A DNA stretch of 64,000 nucleotides, taken from an uncultured Candidatus Sumerlaeota bacterium. Its GTDB lineage: Bacteria; Sumerlaeota; Sumerlaeia; MVZB01; JAJFLK01. Location: assembly GCA_964463045.1 (NCBI GenBank), contig CAYXAU010000007.1, positions 39,916-103,915 of the forward strand, given 5' to 3'. Positions 10,934-21,934 of this stretch are shown in pieces; the first letter of the stretch is position 1; each line of letters opens with the position of its first letter. The notes beneath the pieces were generated by a model. That model was not told where the DNA came from. It saw only the letters and a program-made list of their open reading frames with translations, and ran no database searches. Both the position numbers and the translations under genes were made by a program.

Positions 10934-11724
10934 AGGCAAATGAGGTCGAAGTTCAACGCCGGGGGGCGGTCGCCGTCGCGCGACTCAATCGGCCGGATCG
11001 GATGAACGCCCTGAGCGTGGGCTTGATGGAGGAGATCACGGCCGTGGCGCGCGCTTTCGCCCTTGAGGCCGATCTGCGGGCGATCGTCTTCACGGGCGAA
11101 GGCAAGCACTTTTCGGTCGGGGCGGACTTGGCCGATCCGGCCCGCGAAGAACGTCAGAGGGCTCCCTTGGCGCTCAAGCGGCGGCTGCTGCGCGTCGGGC
11201 CGGAGATGATCCGCGCCCTCCGGGAAATTCCCCAGATCACGATCTCGGCGGTGCACGGAATGGCCCTGGGAGGGGCCGCCGTCATCGCCAGCGCCCTCGA
11301 TTTCCGCCTCGGCACGGCCGATTGCCTCATCGGCTATCCCGAAATCAATCGGGGGATGAACCTGAGCTGGCTGGGCTTGCCGCTCCTCGTCAGCCTCATC
11401 GGGCCGGCGCGAGCCAAACGGATGGTCCTCCTGGGGCGGCCCGAAAGCGCCGCGACGTTGGCGGCATGGGGGTTTCTCGATGAAGTCGTCGAGCCGGAGC
11501 GACTGATGCCGCGGGCGATCGAACTGGCCGAGGCCTACGCGGCTCAGCCTCCCGTGCAGGCGCAGATGATCAAGGCCAGCGTCAATGCCATCGCCTCGGC
11601 CCTCGACGCCCCCCTCATGCACATGGAGCTGGATCAGTTTCTTCTGGCGGCCTCGACCGAGGATCACGCCGAGGCCGTGCGGGCGTTCTTTGAGAAGCGC
11701 CGTCCGACCTTTCGCGGTAATTGA
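10930..11724 (+). CDS. Enoyl-CoA hydratase/isomerase (crotonase superfamily)
   Basis: Crotonase fold signature (VAVARLNRPDRMNAL...FTGEGKHFSVGADL...AVHGMALGGA). Confidence 0.85.
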   Translation: MKANEVEVQRRGAVAVARLNRPDRMNALSVGLMEEITAVARAFALEADLRAIVFTGEGKHFSVGADLADPAREERQRAPLALKRRLLRVGPEMIRALREIPQITISAVHGMALGGAAVIASALDFRLGTADCLIGYPEINRGMNLSWLGLPLLVSLIGPARAKRMVLLGRPESAATLAAWGFLDEVVEPERLMPRAIELAEAYAAQPPVQAQMIKASVNAIASALDAPLMHMELDQFLLAASTEDHAEAVRAFFEKRRPTFRGN

Positions 11725-11739
11725 AACCCGGCGGGAAGT

Positions 11740-13269
11740 TCACCGGGCGGCCAGCGGCCCCGCCAGGACCTCCTGGCGAATCTCCCGTTTCTGGATCTTG
11801 CCGGTCGGGTTCTTCGCCAGCGCCGGAAGAAAAACGATGCGCGAGGGAACCTTGAACTTCGTGACGTAGCCCGCCAGGTGTTCCTTGAGGGCCGCCTCGG
11901 TGGCGCGGCGGCCGGGCTTGAGCACGACGGCGGCGACGATTTCCTCCCCAAAGGTGGGGTCGGGCACGCCGAAGACGGCCACCTCGGCCACGTCCTCGTG
12001 TTCCTGAAGCCCCTCCTCGATTTCGCGAGGGGAAATGTTCTCCCCCCCCTTGATGATGAGGTCCTTCTTCCGGTCGGTGATGTAAACGTAGCCTTCGGCG
12101 TCCATGAAGCCGATGTCGCCGGTGTGGAACCAACCGCCGGCCATGGCCTCCCGCGTCGCTCCTTCCAGCTTCCAGTAACCCTTCATGACGTTGGGCCCGC
12201 GGGCGCAGATTTCGCCGCGCGCGCCGGTGGGAAGGGCCCGGTTCTCGAAATCCATGATGCAGACCTCGACGCCGGGAATGGGGCGCCCGACCGAACCCGG
12301 GCGATAAGGTTCGTCCTCGTGATAGCCGGTCAGCGTCGGGGCCGTCTCCGACAGTCCATAGCCCTCTTTGACGATGACGTTGAAGACGCGCTCGAACTGA
12401 GTCCGGATTTCGTTGAGCAGCGAGGCCGCCCCGGTGTTGACGCGCCGAAGCTTCGAAAGGTCGTACCTTTCCCGCTCGGGGAAATTGATCATATAGGTGA
12501 GCATCGTCGGGACGACGGAAAACCGCTCAACGCCGAAGTCCTGAATGGTCTGGAAGACCCTGGCCGTGTCCCAGTGGGTCAACAAGGCCGAATTCGTCCC
12601 CAGCACGTAACCCAGGTTCATCATCAGGATGCCGTAAGAGTGGCTGAGCGGAAGGACGTGCATCGTCCGCAGGCCCGGCGGCAGGGGGTTGTTCTGCGCC
12701 ACGGCGTGCACGTTGCTCCAAAGATTCATGTGCGTCAGCATGACCCCTTTGGGGACGCCGGTCGTGCCGGAGGTATAGAGAAGAAGGGCCAAGTCGTCGT
12801 CGGCACGGTCCAGGAGGCTCGGGATTGGATCGGCGGCGGCGATCTCGGCCTCGATGTCAACGGCCCCGGGGGTCTCGGTCCGGCCGATGACCAACATCTC
12901 GCGAAACTCCGGAGCGCGGGCGGCGGCCTCGGCCAGCCGGCCCGCCAGCGCCAGCGACGTGACGGCCACGCGGGCCTCTGAATCCGCCAGGATGAAGCCG
13001 ACTTCGCGCGCGCTGAGCATCGGCGTCACGGGAATCACGACGGCGCCGATTTTCCAAATGGCCTGAAAGGCGGCCGTGACGGCCGGAGAGTTCGGCATCA
13101 TGACGACGACCATGTCATCGGGCTTGACGCCGTGGGCCTGGAGCGCCCGGGCCAGCCGCCCGGCGTAGGCGTCGCGCTCCACGTTGGTATACGTGTTCCC
13201 CTCGAAGGAAAGCGTGGGGGTCTCGCCGAAGCGATCGATGTTGTCAAGACTGAGGCGTCCGACGTTCAT
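11740..13269 (-). CDS. AMP-dependent synthetase/ligase (fatty-acid or aromatic-acid CoA ligase)
   Basis: AMP-binding motif [25 protein letters not shown] and C-terminal PxGKIxKR motif. Confidence 0.85.
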   Translation of the reverse strand: MNVGRLSLDNIDRFGETPTLSFEGNTYTNVERDAYAGRLARALQAHGVKPDDMVVVMMPNSPAVTAAFQAIWKIGAVVIPVTPMLSAREVGFILADSEARVAVTSLALAGRLAEAAARAPEFREMLVIGRTETPGAVDIEAEIAAADPIPSLLDRADDDLALLLYTSGTTGVPKGVMLTHMNLWSNVHAVAQNNPLPPGLRTMHVLPLSHSYGILMMNLGYVLGTNSALLTHWDTARVFQTIQDFGVERFSVVPTMLTYMINFPERERYDLSKLRRVNTGAASLLNEIRTQFERVFNVIVKEGYGLSETAPTLTGYHEDEPYRPGSVGRPIPGVEVCIMDFENRALPTGARGEICARGPNVMKGYWKLEGATREAMAGGWFHTGDIGFMDAEGYVYITDRKKDLIIKGGENISPREIEEGLQEHEDVAEVAVFGVPDPTFGEEIVAAVVLKPGRRATEAALKEHLAGYVTKFKVPSRIVFLPALAKNPTGKIQKREIRQEVLAGPLAAR

Positions 13270-13372
13270 GCTGGCTCCTCATTTCCCCGCCGAGTTCGCC
13301 GAGGGCGCTCATTGTGAAGGGAACCCCGCGAGGCTGTCAAATGATCCGGGTTCGGGCGGCGGGCCGGCGGCC

Positions 13373-14347
13373 TCAGGAGCCCTCGCCGCCGACGAGGGCC
13401 TCGTGGGCGAAATGCGTCGCCCGGGGCTGCAGGAGCGCTCCCAGATGAGAGGCCATGAAGTAGAGCGAGCGGAGGCCGACGTAATCGTATCCCTTCCGCC
13501 GGTCCTGGCTGTCCAGATAGATAAATCCGAAATACTGGCGGCCGGCAAGAATGGGACAGGCCACGAAGGAATGGATGGGGTATTTGCCCCGGGCGGCGAT
13601 CCGGGCGAACCGGTTGTCGTTGAGCACGTTCGGACAGAAGACGCACTTTTCAGCCCCCAGGACGACCCGCAGCACGGCCTGGGCGATCTCGATCGAGGCC
13701 TCTTCGCCCTCGGGGGACTCAAGCGCCAGCACTTTGAGCCGCTCCTTGGCCGGGTCGGCCTCCATCACGACGCCGTGATCCCCCCCCAGAATGCGCAAGG
13801 CGTGCCGGAGCGTGGCGCTGAACAGGTCGGTCGAGTCCGTCGCCGCGCCCATCTCATAAAAGGCGCGCAGAAGCTCGATGGCGTTAGGCAGCGTAAAGAA
13901 CGTCGCCCCCTCGGGGTCATGGAGCAGCCGGTGAATGACGCTCTCCATCTGCCCGGCCGGGAAAACCGTCACCGGCTCGGTCGAGAGCGCCGGCCGTTGA
14001 CCGGCCCGGCGATGAAAGAGGTACTCCCCCCGGCGGGAGAGCGCGCGTTCCAGGTCAAGCCCTTCCGGCGGATTGAAGAAAAGGATCGTTGAGCCGAGGA
14101 TGATCTCGTCGCCGTTCTGGAGGGCCTGCTCGGCCACGCGATCGCCGTTGACGAAGACGCCATTGCGACTGTTCAGATCCTTGATGATCGTCTGATCCCC
14201 CTGGCCGAAGATGATGGCGTGCGTCCGAGAGACCTCGGCGTCTTGCAGGCTCAGGGAATTGAACACGTCCCGCCCGATCGTGAGCTGCTGATCCAGGGGG
14301 ACCTCCATGTAGCTCTCGGCGTTGATGACCAGCAGTTTGTTCGCCAT
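13373..14347 (-). CDS. FHA domain protein with C-terminal GAF-like domain
   Basis: N-terminal FHA (TIGRD..NSLSLQD..VSRTHA.I......II.DLNSRNGVFVNG.RV). The C-terminal 180 aa are GAF-like. Confidence 0.7.
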   Translation of the reverse strand: MANKLLVINAESYMEVPLDQQLTIGRDVFNSLSLQDAEVSRTHAIIFGQGDQTIIKDLNSRNGVFVNGDRVAEQALQNGDEIILGSTILFFNPPEGLDLERALSRRGEYLFHRRAGQRPALSTEPVTVFPAGQMESVIHRLLHDPEGATFFTLPNAIELLRAFYEMGAATDSTDLFSATLRHALRILGGDHGVVMEADPAKERLKVLALESPEGEEASIEIAQAVLRVVLGAEKCVFCPNVLNDNRFARIAARGKYPIHSFVACPILAGRQYFGFIYLDSQDRRKGYDYVGLRSLYFMASHLGALLQPRATHFAHEALVGGEGS

Positions 14348-14428
14348 CGGCGTCGGTTCGCGACGGTGGTCTTCCTTTTGCCCGGCCCGCCGGCGGCCCG
14401 CCCCCCGCCTCCGGCCTGACGTTCGGTC

Positions 14429-14442
14429 CTTAAATTATAAGG
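14429..14442. promoter_or_regulatory. AT-rich near-palindrome in the divergent intergenic between the FHA-GAF gene and the secreted hydrolase gene
   Basis: CTTAAATTATAAGG stands out in about 70% GC DNA. It is nearly self-complementary (CTTAAATTATAAG vs CTTATAATTTAAG). It could be a -10 element and/or operator. Confidence 0.2.
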
Positions 14443-14514
14443 CCGCGTTGAGCCGCCGGCCACCGTTTCCGCCCGCCGAAGATTGTCCATTGATCCGCCG
14501 CCGGAACGACGACT

Positions 14515-15729
14515 ATGCTCGATCCCGCCTGGCCACACCCATCGGGAAAGGATGAATCCATGATGCGCCCGCGGACGCTCGCACGCTGGAGCCTGATCGG
14601 GTTGGCTGCGCTGGCCGCTCCGTCCCGCACGCGGGGGGGCGAAGAAGAAGGGGCCCTTCAACTGCGGCGCCTGGCCGAGACTTACCGGACGGCCGAACAA
14701 TGGCGGGCTCGCGCCGAGGCCGTCCGCCGCGGCATTCTCCGCGGAGCCCGGCTGGATCCCCTCCCCCCTCGGACGCCGCTCAACCCCATCATCCACAGCC
14801 GCCGGGAACATGACGGCTATAGCGTCGAGAACGTCGCCTTCGAGAGTCTCCCCGGCTTTTTTGTCACGGGCAACCTCTACCGGCCCCTGGGGCGGTCGGG
14901 CCCCTACGCGGCCATTCTAAATCCCCACGGCCACTTCCGAAACCCGACGGGGCGGTTCCGGCCCGATATGCAGGCCCGTTGCGCCACGTTCGCTCGGATG
15001 GGGGCGATCGCCTTCGCCTACGACATGGTCGGCTGGGGGGACTCCACCCAGACAACCCACGAAGACCCCAACGTGCTGACCCTGCAGCTCTGGAACAGCA
15101 TCCGAGCCGTGGATTTCCTCCTCTCGCTGCCTGAGGTCGACGCCGAACGGATCGGGGTCACGGGGGCCTCGGGCGGGGGGACGCAGACGTTCCTCCTGGC
15201 GGCCGTCGATGAGCGGGTCCGGGCGAGCGCGCCGGTAGTGATGGTCTCGGCGCATTTCTTTGGCGGCTGTCAGTGCGAATCCGGCCGCCCGATCCATCAG
15301 GACCCCGAAACGAACAATGCCGAAATCGCAGCCCTGGCCGCGCCCCGGCCTCAGTTGATCGTTTCGGTGGGGGGGGATTGGACCCACAATGTCCCCGGCG
15401 TCGAGTTCCCTTACATCTGGAACGTCTATCGGCTGCTCGGGGCCGAGAAGAACGTTGAAAACTTCCACCTTCCTAACGAACAGCACGATTACGGCTTCTC
15501 CAAACGGGAGCCCGTCTATCGCTTCTTCGCGCGTCATCTCGGTCTTGACCTCTCGGCCGTCGAGGTCTCGCCCGATCGGACGCCGCCGGAGCGCCTGGTG
15601 ATCGAACCGCCCGAACGTCTGGCCGTTTTCGATGAGGCTCATCCCCGGCCGGCGGGGGCGGTCGAAGGCGCCGAGGCCATCGCCCGCGCCCTGTTCGCTC
15701 ATCTTGAATCGGCTCGGCCCCTGGACTAG
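14515..15729 (+). CDS. Secreted alpha/beta-hydrolase (acetylxylan-esterase/dienelactone-hydrolase-like)
   Basis: Signal peptide ([21 protein letters not shown]). The start is more likely at the MMRP Met near 14557. GxSxG nucleophile elbow GVTGASGGG, with downstream Asp/His. Confidence 0.65.
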   Translation: MLDPAWPHPSGKDESMMRPRTLARWSLIGLAALAAPSRTRGGEEEGALQLRRLAETYRTAEQWRARAEAVRRGILRGARLDPLPPRTPLNPIIHSRREHDGYSVENVAFESLPGFFVTGNLYRPLGRSGPYAAILNPHGHFRNPTGRFRPDMQARCATFARMGAIAFAYDMVGWGDSTQTTHEDPNVLTLQLWNSIRAVDFLLSLPEVDAERIGVTGASGGGTQTFLLAAVDERVRASAPVVMVSAHFFGGCQCESGRPIHQDPETNNAEIAALAAPRPQLIVSVGGDWTHNVPGVEFPYIWNVYRLLGAEKNVENFHLPNEQHDYGFSKREPVYRFFARHLGLDLSAVEVSPDRTPPERLVIEPPERLAVFDEAHPRPAGAVEGAEAIARALFAHLESARPLD

Positions 15730-15858
15730 GTTCGACCTTGATGGGGTCCGGCCTGCCGGACGCCTCCCCCGGCCAAACCCGGGGCACGGGCGGGCGGTCC
15801 GGTCGATCGGCTGGGCCGGTGGGTCGCCGGCCGCTTCCTGATTCCCGCTGACGGTCCT

Positions 15859-16503
15859 GTGGCAGCGATGGTTCCCCGTGCATCGACCCGTCCCGTTCCG
15901 CCGTCGCCGACGGCGCCCGCTTGGCGTCTCATCAGCAGCTATGCCGCCGTGGTGGGGCTGAGCGGGGCGATGGCGGGGTTCCTGGCCTGCGCCACCGCGC
16001 CCGAAAGGGGGTTCTCGCCCCTGGTGATCGAGCCGCCCCGGCCGTATTCGAAGGGGCGAGAGGCGGCGGCGCCGACGCCGCTGCCCGCCCCGGGTGTCTC
16101 GCGCCTCTATCTGCGACCGGAGCCGGGCCCGGAGGCCTGGCCGATGATCGAGAATGCGGGCGTGGGCTACCGGTTCGGGGTCGAGGAAGGGATCGTCTCC
16201 TGGTACGGCTACGACCACATCGGCCGTCGAACCGCCACGGGGACCTGGTTCAACCCCGAAGGGATGACGGCGGCTCACAAGTCGCTTCCCTTCGGAACCC
16301 TCGTCCGCGTAACGCGCCTGGACACGTCCGAGAGCGTCGAGGTGACGATCAACGACCGGGGCCCTTACGTGGACGGGCGCATTATCGATCTGGCCCGCAA
16401 GCCCGCCCGAAAGCTGGACCTCATCGGAAGGGGAATCGCCCCCTGCCGCGTCGAGGTCCTCCGCTATCCGTTGGTCGAGCTGGGCGGCCCCACCGGAAGA
16501 TAA
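15859..16503 (+). CDS. rlpA: RlpA-like lipoprotein (double-psi beta-barrel domain)
   Basis: DPBB domain (GIVSWYGYDHIGRRTATGTWFNPEGMTAAHKSLPFGTLVRVT...VEVTINDRGPYVDGRIIDLA). Possible lipobox FLAC. Confidence 0.8.
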   Translation: MAAMVPRASTRPVPPSPTAPAWRLISSYAAVVGLSGAMAGFLACATAPERGFSPLVIEPPRPYSKGREAAAPTPLPAPGVSRLYLRPEPGPEAWPMIENAGVGYRFGVEEGIVSWYGYDHIGRRTATGTWFNPEGMTAAHKSLPFGTLVRVTRLDTSESVEVTINDRGPYVDGRIIDLARKPARKLDLIGRGIAPCRVEVLRYPLVELGGPTGR

Positions 16504-16800
16504 CGACGCGGGAAAGATTCTCCCATTGGGCGGGAGGGGCCGTCGCCGTTGGCCGGGCGAGAAAAGGTGTTGTCCCGACGCAATGGGTTTGGATAATGAA
16601 TCGCCTCTTAGGCGCCGTTGTGGAGCGTTGCGTTGGGCGCCGGCCGTGAAGTCGGCCGGGGCGGTTGCGCCGCGTCGCCGATGGGCGAGAGAGGGCCGGC
16701 CGCGGGGCTGGGCGCGCTCGGTCGCATGGGGGTTGTCGCTTGGCATGGGTCGGAGTTGCTCGCCAGAAGGCCAAAACCTGAATAGAGAGGATGACGGACG

Positions 16801-18735
16801 ATGAACCGGACGGGACGGAGGATCGGGCGGGTCGGGGCGTTGATGGCTCTTGGGTGGATCGTCGCCGCCGAAGGGATCGCTCAAAGGGGAGCGCAGGACG
16901 GCCAGTGGCCCACCTATGGCGGCGACCTGGGCAGCGCCAAGTACGCCGCGCTGGACCAGATCAACCGCGATAACGTGAAAGACCTCAAAATCGTCTGGCA
17001 ATGGGAGGCGCCGGACAACCAGGTCGCGGCCGAGGACCCCCGCAGCCGCCCCGGGGCCTTCAAGGTGACGCCGATCATGATCAAGGGCGTTCTTTATACG
17101 AGCACCTCGCTCGGCTTCGTGGCCGCGATCGACGCCGCCACGGGGCAGACGCTCTGGGTCTTCGACACCGAAAGCCGCAAGATGGGGCGGCCGACTAACC
17201 TGGGCTTCAATCATCGCGGCGTGGCTTACTGGACGGACGGCACGGAGGAACGCATTTTCATGCCTTCCAACGACGCCTTTCTCTGGGCCATCGACGCCAA
17301 GACGGGCAAGGCGGCGGCCGGCTTCGGCGACAACGGCCGCGTCGATCTGACGCAAGGGATGCGCCGGCCCGTCGAACGACGCCTCTATACGATGATCTCC
17401 CCGCCGCTAGTGATCCGCGACCGCGTCATCGTCGGCTCCTCGATCTTCGACGGCCCGACCACGCCGGAGATGCCGCCGGGCGACGTGCGCGCCTTCGACC
17501 CGCGCACCGGTCAGCTCATCTGGACGTTTCACACGGTCGCTCAGCCGGGCGAGTTCGGCAATGAAACCTGGGAGAACGGCTCGTGGGAATACACCGGCAA
17601 CACCAACGTCTGGACGATCATGAGCGGGGACGAGGAACTGGGGCTGGTTTACCTCCCCATCAGCACGCCGACCAACGACTGGTACGGCGGCCACCGCTTG
17701 GGGGATGGCCTCTTCGCCGAAAGTCTCGTCTGCGTGAAGGCCGAAACCGGCGAGCGCGTCTGGCATTACCAACTGGTGCATCATGGGCTCTGGGACTACG
17801 ACAATCCGGCGGCCCCCACGCTGGTCGACATCACCGTCGACGGACGGAAGATCAAGGCGGTCGCCCAGGTCACCAAGCAGGGCTTCTGCTACGTCTTCGA
17901 CCGCGTGACCGGCCAGCCGGTCTGGCCGATCGAGGAACGGCCCGTCCCGCAATCCAAAGTTCCGGGCGAGCGCACATCGCCGACCCAGCCGTTCCCAACC
18001 AAGCCCGCCCCCTACGAAAGCCAGGGCGTCACGCTGGATAACATCATTGACTTTACGCCGGAGCTGCGCGAAGAGGCCCTCAAACTGCTGGAGAATTATG
18101 AGTGGGGACCGCTCTTCACCCCGCCGAGCGAGAAGGGGACGATCTCCAACCCCGGCTGGGGGGGCGGCGCCAATTGGTGGGGAGCCTCCTTCGACCCCGA
18201 GTCGGGGCTCCTCTATGTCCCGTCGGTCACGTCGCCGATCGTCATTCAGCTCGGCAAGCCCGACCCGGCCCGATCGAGCTTTCAATTCGTGCGCGTCGGC
18301 GGCATGGGGATGGGCCCTCGGGGACCTCAGGGTTTGCCTCTCCTTAAGCCCCCCTACGGTCGGATCACCGCCATTGACCTGAACACGGGCGACCACGCCT
18401 GGATGGTGCCGCATGGGGATGGACCGCGGGCCCGGATCAGCGAAGTCGTGGGCCGGGACGTGGGGCCGGTCGGCGGGGGGGGGACGGGCCCGGTGCTGAC
18501 TAAAACGCTCCTCTTCATCGGCCAGGGGGGGGCGACCAGCCGCGGCCGGGGCGAAGAGGCGACCTCCGTCCTTCGGGCTTACGACAAGGCCACGGGCGAG
18601 GTCATTCATGCCGTGTCCGTGCCGGCGCCGCCCGCCGGGACGCCGATGACGTACATGTGGCAGGGCAAGCAGTACATCGCGCTGGCGGTCGGCGGAGGGA
18701 CCAACGCCGGTCTGATCGGCCTGGCCTTGCCCTGA
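16801..18735 (+). CDS. PQQ-dependent dehydrogenase (quinoprotein alcohol/glucose dehydrogenase family), secreted
   Basis: Signal peptide, then an 8-bladed PQQ beta-propeller with repeated W-motifs ([13 protein letters not shown]...LWVFDT...LIWTFHT...[14 protein letters not shown]). RBS GAGAGGA lies upstream. Confidence 0.85.
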   Translation: MNRTGRRIGRVGALMALGWIVAAEGIAQRGAQDGQWPTYGGDLGSAKYAALDQINRDNVKDLKIVWQWEAPDNQVAAEDPRSRPGAFKVTPIMIKGVLYTSTSLGFVAAIDAATGQTLWVFDTESRKMGRPTNLGFNHRGVAYWTDGTEERIFMPSNDAFLWAIDAKTGKAAAGFGDNGRVDLTQGMRRPVERRLYTMISPPLVIRDRVIVGSSIFDGPTTPEMPPGDVRAFDPRTGQLIWTFHTVAQPGEFGNETWENGSWEYTGNTNVWTIMSGDEELGLVYLPISTPTNDWYGGHRLGDGLFAESLVCVKAETGERVWHYQLVHHGLWDYDNPAAPTLVDITVDGRKIKAVAQVTKQGFCYVFDRVTGQPVWPIEERPVPQSKVPGERTSPTQPFPTKPAPYESQGVTLDNIIDFTPELREEALKLLENYEWGPLFTPPSEKGTISNPGWGGGANWWGASFDPESGLLYVPSVTSPIVIQLGKPDPARSSFQFVRVGGMGMGPRGPQGLPLLKPPYGRITAIDLNTGDHAWMVPHGDGPRARISEVVGRDVGPVGGGGTGPVLTKTLLFIGQGGATSRGRGEEATSVLRAYDKATGEVIHAVSVPAPPAGTPMTYMWQGKQYIALAVGGGTNAGLIGLALP

Positions 18736-18760
18736 GAGCCGCGCTGAGGCAGAATAAGGG

Positions 18761-20503
18761 TTGATTGGCATCCAGGGGGACGGGAGGAGGCGAAGCCTCA
18801 TGCGCTGGAGAGGGTGGTTTTGGGCAGCGGCATTGATCGCGGGGGCGGCGTTCGCCGTTCGGGCGGGGGCGCAACTTCCCGCCGACGCGGTCATGCTCGA
18901 CAAGGTCAAAATCCCGGAAAAGATCAAATCCGAGGACCTCTGTCCGGTCTATCTGGAGCCCTCGGCTCCCGACGGACCGACCTGGGAATACCAGGGGGTT
19001 GGCTATCGCGGAGCGAAGCCCGACGCCAGGGAGAAGTTCTTCCAGGACCCGGACGGTTACGCCGCCAAGCACGCCGAAAAGCGCTACATCGACAATTTCG
19101 TCCAGGCCATGAGCATCATCTGGTGCCCGGTGACCGATGAGGTCAGCCCGGGGGGCTTGGCCGCGTGGACGGCCCTCGGGATCAAGTGGGAAGCCTGCTG
19201 TGAGTTCTGCGAAAGCCAGGTGACGGATCAGGACTTCGAGGGCGCGCTGGACCGGCTCATCGAACGCGCCCGGATCAGCTACCGGCTCACGGGGGGCATA
19301 TACACCGAAGGGGCCTCATCGCCCGTCGAAGGGGCCGTCAAGGGGATCGCCAAGATCGACGGGGAGGGCGCCGCCCCGGCCGCCGCGACCGAGCCGGACG
19401 AACCCGCCTATCTCGCGGGCCGGACGCTCAAGCCGACCTACGCCGAAGGGATCGGGCTGATCTTCGAGAACCGTTGCGTCGAATGTCACCGACCGGGTGG
19501 CCTGGCCCCCATGAGTTTCGCCTCCCTCGGCGAAATCAAAAAATGGACGAAGTCGCTCAAGGAAACCATCGTCAATCGGGCGATGCCCCCCTGGCCGGCC
19601 GAGCCCGGCATCGGACGATTCGCCAACGACCGGAGGCTCACGCGGCAGGAGATCGATCTGCTGGTCCAGTGGATTGAGGCGGGCTATCCCCCGGGGGAGG
19701 GCCAGTATGCCCCCAGCCGGACCGCTGCCGAAGCCTGGACGATCGGCGAGCCTGATCACGTCTTCCAGCTTCCGGAAGCGACAGTCGGCGAGAACGTCGT
19801 CGGCGAGGTTCAGACGTTCAGCCTGGAAACGGCGTGGGATGAGGACCGATGGGTCGTGGCCGCCGAGGTCAGGCTGGGCGACGAATTCACGATCCTGGGG
19901 GTGGAGGCCGGGCCGCTGGGGGCGTTTTATCCGGGGGCGCGCGTCGTGCGCCATCTTCCGGGGACGGGTCGGCTGCTCAAAGCCGGGGAGAAAGTTCCCG
20001 TCCACGTGCATTACCTGAAGGAAGCCGGTTATTCGATCACCGACCCGGGGACCAAGATCGCCGTCCGCTTCGCTGAGGACGCCGCGGCGATCCGCTCGCC
20101 GATTCTGAGCCACCGCATGACTCCGGGAGAGTTCGCCATCCCCGCCGGGGCCGCTGATTTCCAGATCACCGCCCGCTTCGAGTTGCCTCAGGCCAGCCGG
20201 ATCGTCTCGCTGACGCCCATCCTGATGCAACGCGGCAAAAGCGTTCTTTTCCGCGCGATCCTGCCCGACGGCAAGCACCAGCCTCTTCTCTCGATCCCCC
20301 ATTGGGATCCGAACTGGAAACTGCACTATCAGTTGGCCGAGCCACCGGTCCTGCCGGAGGGAGCGGTCATCGAGATGACGGCCGTTTACGACAATTCCAA
20401 GCTCAACGTCCGCAACCCCAACCCCGACGTGGCCGTTTCCTCAGACCCATCAGGGGAATCGGCCGAGGGGTGGATCGACTACGTGCTTGAGCCGGCGGAC
20501 TGA
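18761..20503 (+). CDS. Secreted mono-haem c-type cytochrome domain protein with Cys-rich N-terminal region and beta-rich C-terminal domain
   Basis: Signal peptide. One CxxCH haem motif (CVECH). N-terminal cysteine cluster (CPVY...WCPV...WEACCEFCES). The C-terminal ~300 aa are not assigned. Confidence 0.6.
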   Translation: MIGIQGDGRRRSLMRWRGWFWAAALIAGAAFAVRAGAQLPADAVMLDKVKIPEKIKSEDLCPVYLEPSAPDGPTWEYQGVGYRGAKPDAREKFFQDPDGYAAKHAEKRYIDNFVQAMSIIWCPVTDEVSPGGLAAWTALGIKWEACCEFCESQVTDQDFEGALDRLIERARISYRLTGGIYTEGASSPVEGAVKGIAKIDGEGAAPAAATEPDEPAYLAGRTLKPTYAEGIGLIFENRCVECHRPGGLAPMSFASLGEIKKWTKSLKETIVNRAMPPWPAEPGIGRFANDRRLTRQEIDLLVQWIEAGYPPGEGQYAPSRTAAEAWTIGEPDHVFQLPEATVGENVVGEVQTFSLETAWDEDRWVVAAEVRLGDEFTILGVEAGPLGAFYPGARVVRHLPGTGRLLKAGEKVPVHVHYLKEAGYSITDPGTKIAVRFAEDAAAIRSPILSHRMTPGEFAIPAGAADFQITARFELPQASRIVSLTPILMQRGKSVLFRAILPDGKHQPLLSIPHWDPNWKLHYQLAEPPVLPEGAVIEMTAVYDNSKLNVRNPNPDVAVSSDPSGESAEGWIDYVLEPAD

Positions 20504-20555
20504 GGGTCGCCCGAGGCCGAAGCGGAGGCGGGGGCGCCCGGCCCAGCCGCCGAGA

Positions 20556-20588
20556 GTCGCCGCCGGAACGGTCGGCACCATTTTTTCG
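20556..20588 (+). terminator. Candidate rho-independent terminator after the cytochrome gene
   Basis: GC hairpin (gccgccggaacggtcggc) followed by a TTTTTT run at 20581-20586, about 55 nt after the stop at 20503. Confidence 0.3.
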
Positions 20589-20854
20589 CCTTGAGGGGCG
20601 GCGCGGGCTCCTGTAGGATTGCGCGTTCGGGTTCCGGGGGGCGCCCCGGTCCGGCGGTTCGTCGGCGACAAGGGTTTCTTGCCGGCTGGACGGGGGCGGC
20701 GGCGGGCGGATAGTCGCGTCCGGTCCGGCATCGGGCTTTTCCCTGCACGCAGCGAACATTCCCGAACGCGCCCGTCGCCTGACGGGCCGCGTGGCTGAGC
20801 GGGAGAGGGGGGAACCGCAGCCGGAACGAACGCCTGGGAGGTGACGGCGAGCGT

Positions 20855-21805
20855 ATGCTTCTCGGTCAGATCACCATGAAGCAGTTGTTGGAGGCGGGGG
20901 TCCACTTCGGCCACCAGAGCCGGCGCTGGAACCCCAAGATGAAGAAGTACATCTACACGGAACGGAACCAGATCTACATCATCGATCTGAAGAAGACGCT
21001 GCGCCTGTTGAGGGAAGCCTATTCCTTCGTCAGGGACGCCGTGGGCGATGGGGGGATGGGGGTGTTCATCGGGACGAAGAAGCAGGCCAAGGACGCGATC
21101 GAGCGGTGGGCGCACTACTGCGGGATGTATTACGTCAATAACCGCTGGCTGGGAGGCACGCTGACGAATTTCGCGACCGTGCGGAAGTCCATCAACCGGA
21201 TGATCGAGCTCCAGGCCATGGTCGCCGACGGCTCGATCGAACGCTACTCGAAGAAGGAGCAGAGCCGCCTGCTCAAGGAGAAGGAGAAGCTGGAGAAGAA
21301 TCTCCAGGGCATCCGGGACATGGATCGTCTGCCGGCCTTTATCTTCGTGATCGACCCGTCCAAGGAGCAGATAGCCGTCCATGAAGCCAACATCATGGGC
21401 ATCCCGGTGGTCGCCGTCGTCGACACCAATTGCGATCCCGATCCGATCGACTACGTGATCCCCGGCAACGACGACGCCATCCGTTCGATCAATTTGAGCT
21501 GCGAGAAAATGGCCGAAGCCTGCATCGAGGGGAAGCTCTCGCGCGTTGATCAGGGTCTGGAGCCGTACGATTCGTTGCCCGAGGCCGCCCGCCAATTCCT
21601 GGCCCAACAGGAAGCCGAGCGGGCCGGCGCCCCCGAAGAAACAAACCTGGCCGGCGCCGCTCCGGCGCCGGCCTCGCCGACGGCCCGTCCGGCCGGTCTG
21701 ATGGCTCCCGTGCCGGGCGACGCCGAAGCCGGCGGAGCGGCCGCGGGCGTGCCGGCTCCTTGGGCGGCCCCGCCGTTTGGGGGACCCCCGTCCGAGGGGT
21801 CCTAA
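20855..21805 (+). CDS. rpsB: 30S ribosomal protein S2 with Ala/Pro-rich C-terminal extension
   Basis: [27 protein letters not shown], nearly identical in pattern to bacterial S2. RBS GGGAGGTGA. About 60 extra low-complexity residues at the C-terminus. Confidence 0.95.
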   Translation: MLLGQITMKQLLEAGVHFGHQSRRWNPKMKKYIYTERNQIYIIDLKKTLRLLREAYSFVRDAVGDGGMGVFIGTKKQAKDAIERWAHYCGMYYVNNRWLGGTLTNFATVRKSINRMIELQAMVADGSIERYSKKEQSRLLKEKEKLEKNLQGIRDMDRLPAFIFVIDPSKEQIAVHEANIMGIPVVAVVDTNCDPDPIDYVIPGNDDAIRSINLSCEKMAEACIEGKLSRVDQGLEPYDSLPEAARQFLAQQEAERAGAPEETNLAGAAPAPASPTARPAGLMAPVPGDAEAGGAAAGVPAPWAAPPFGGPPSEGS

Positions 21806-21934
21806 CGGAGGGGGAACCGCTAGATTGCCCAGGTCGGCATCCGGGAGGGGCCGCGGGCGAGCGGAGGCGCGATTGCCCCGGGCGGGCGTGCTCAGGCCCG
21901 TCGGGGGAAAACTGATGGAAGAGGGTTCCAGAAG

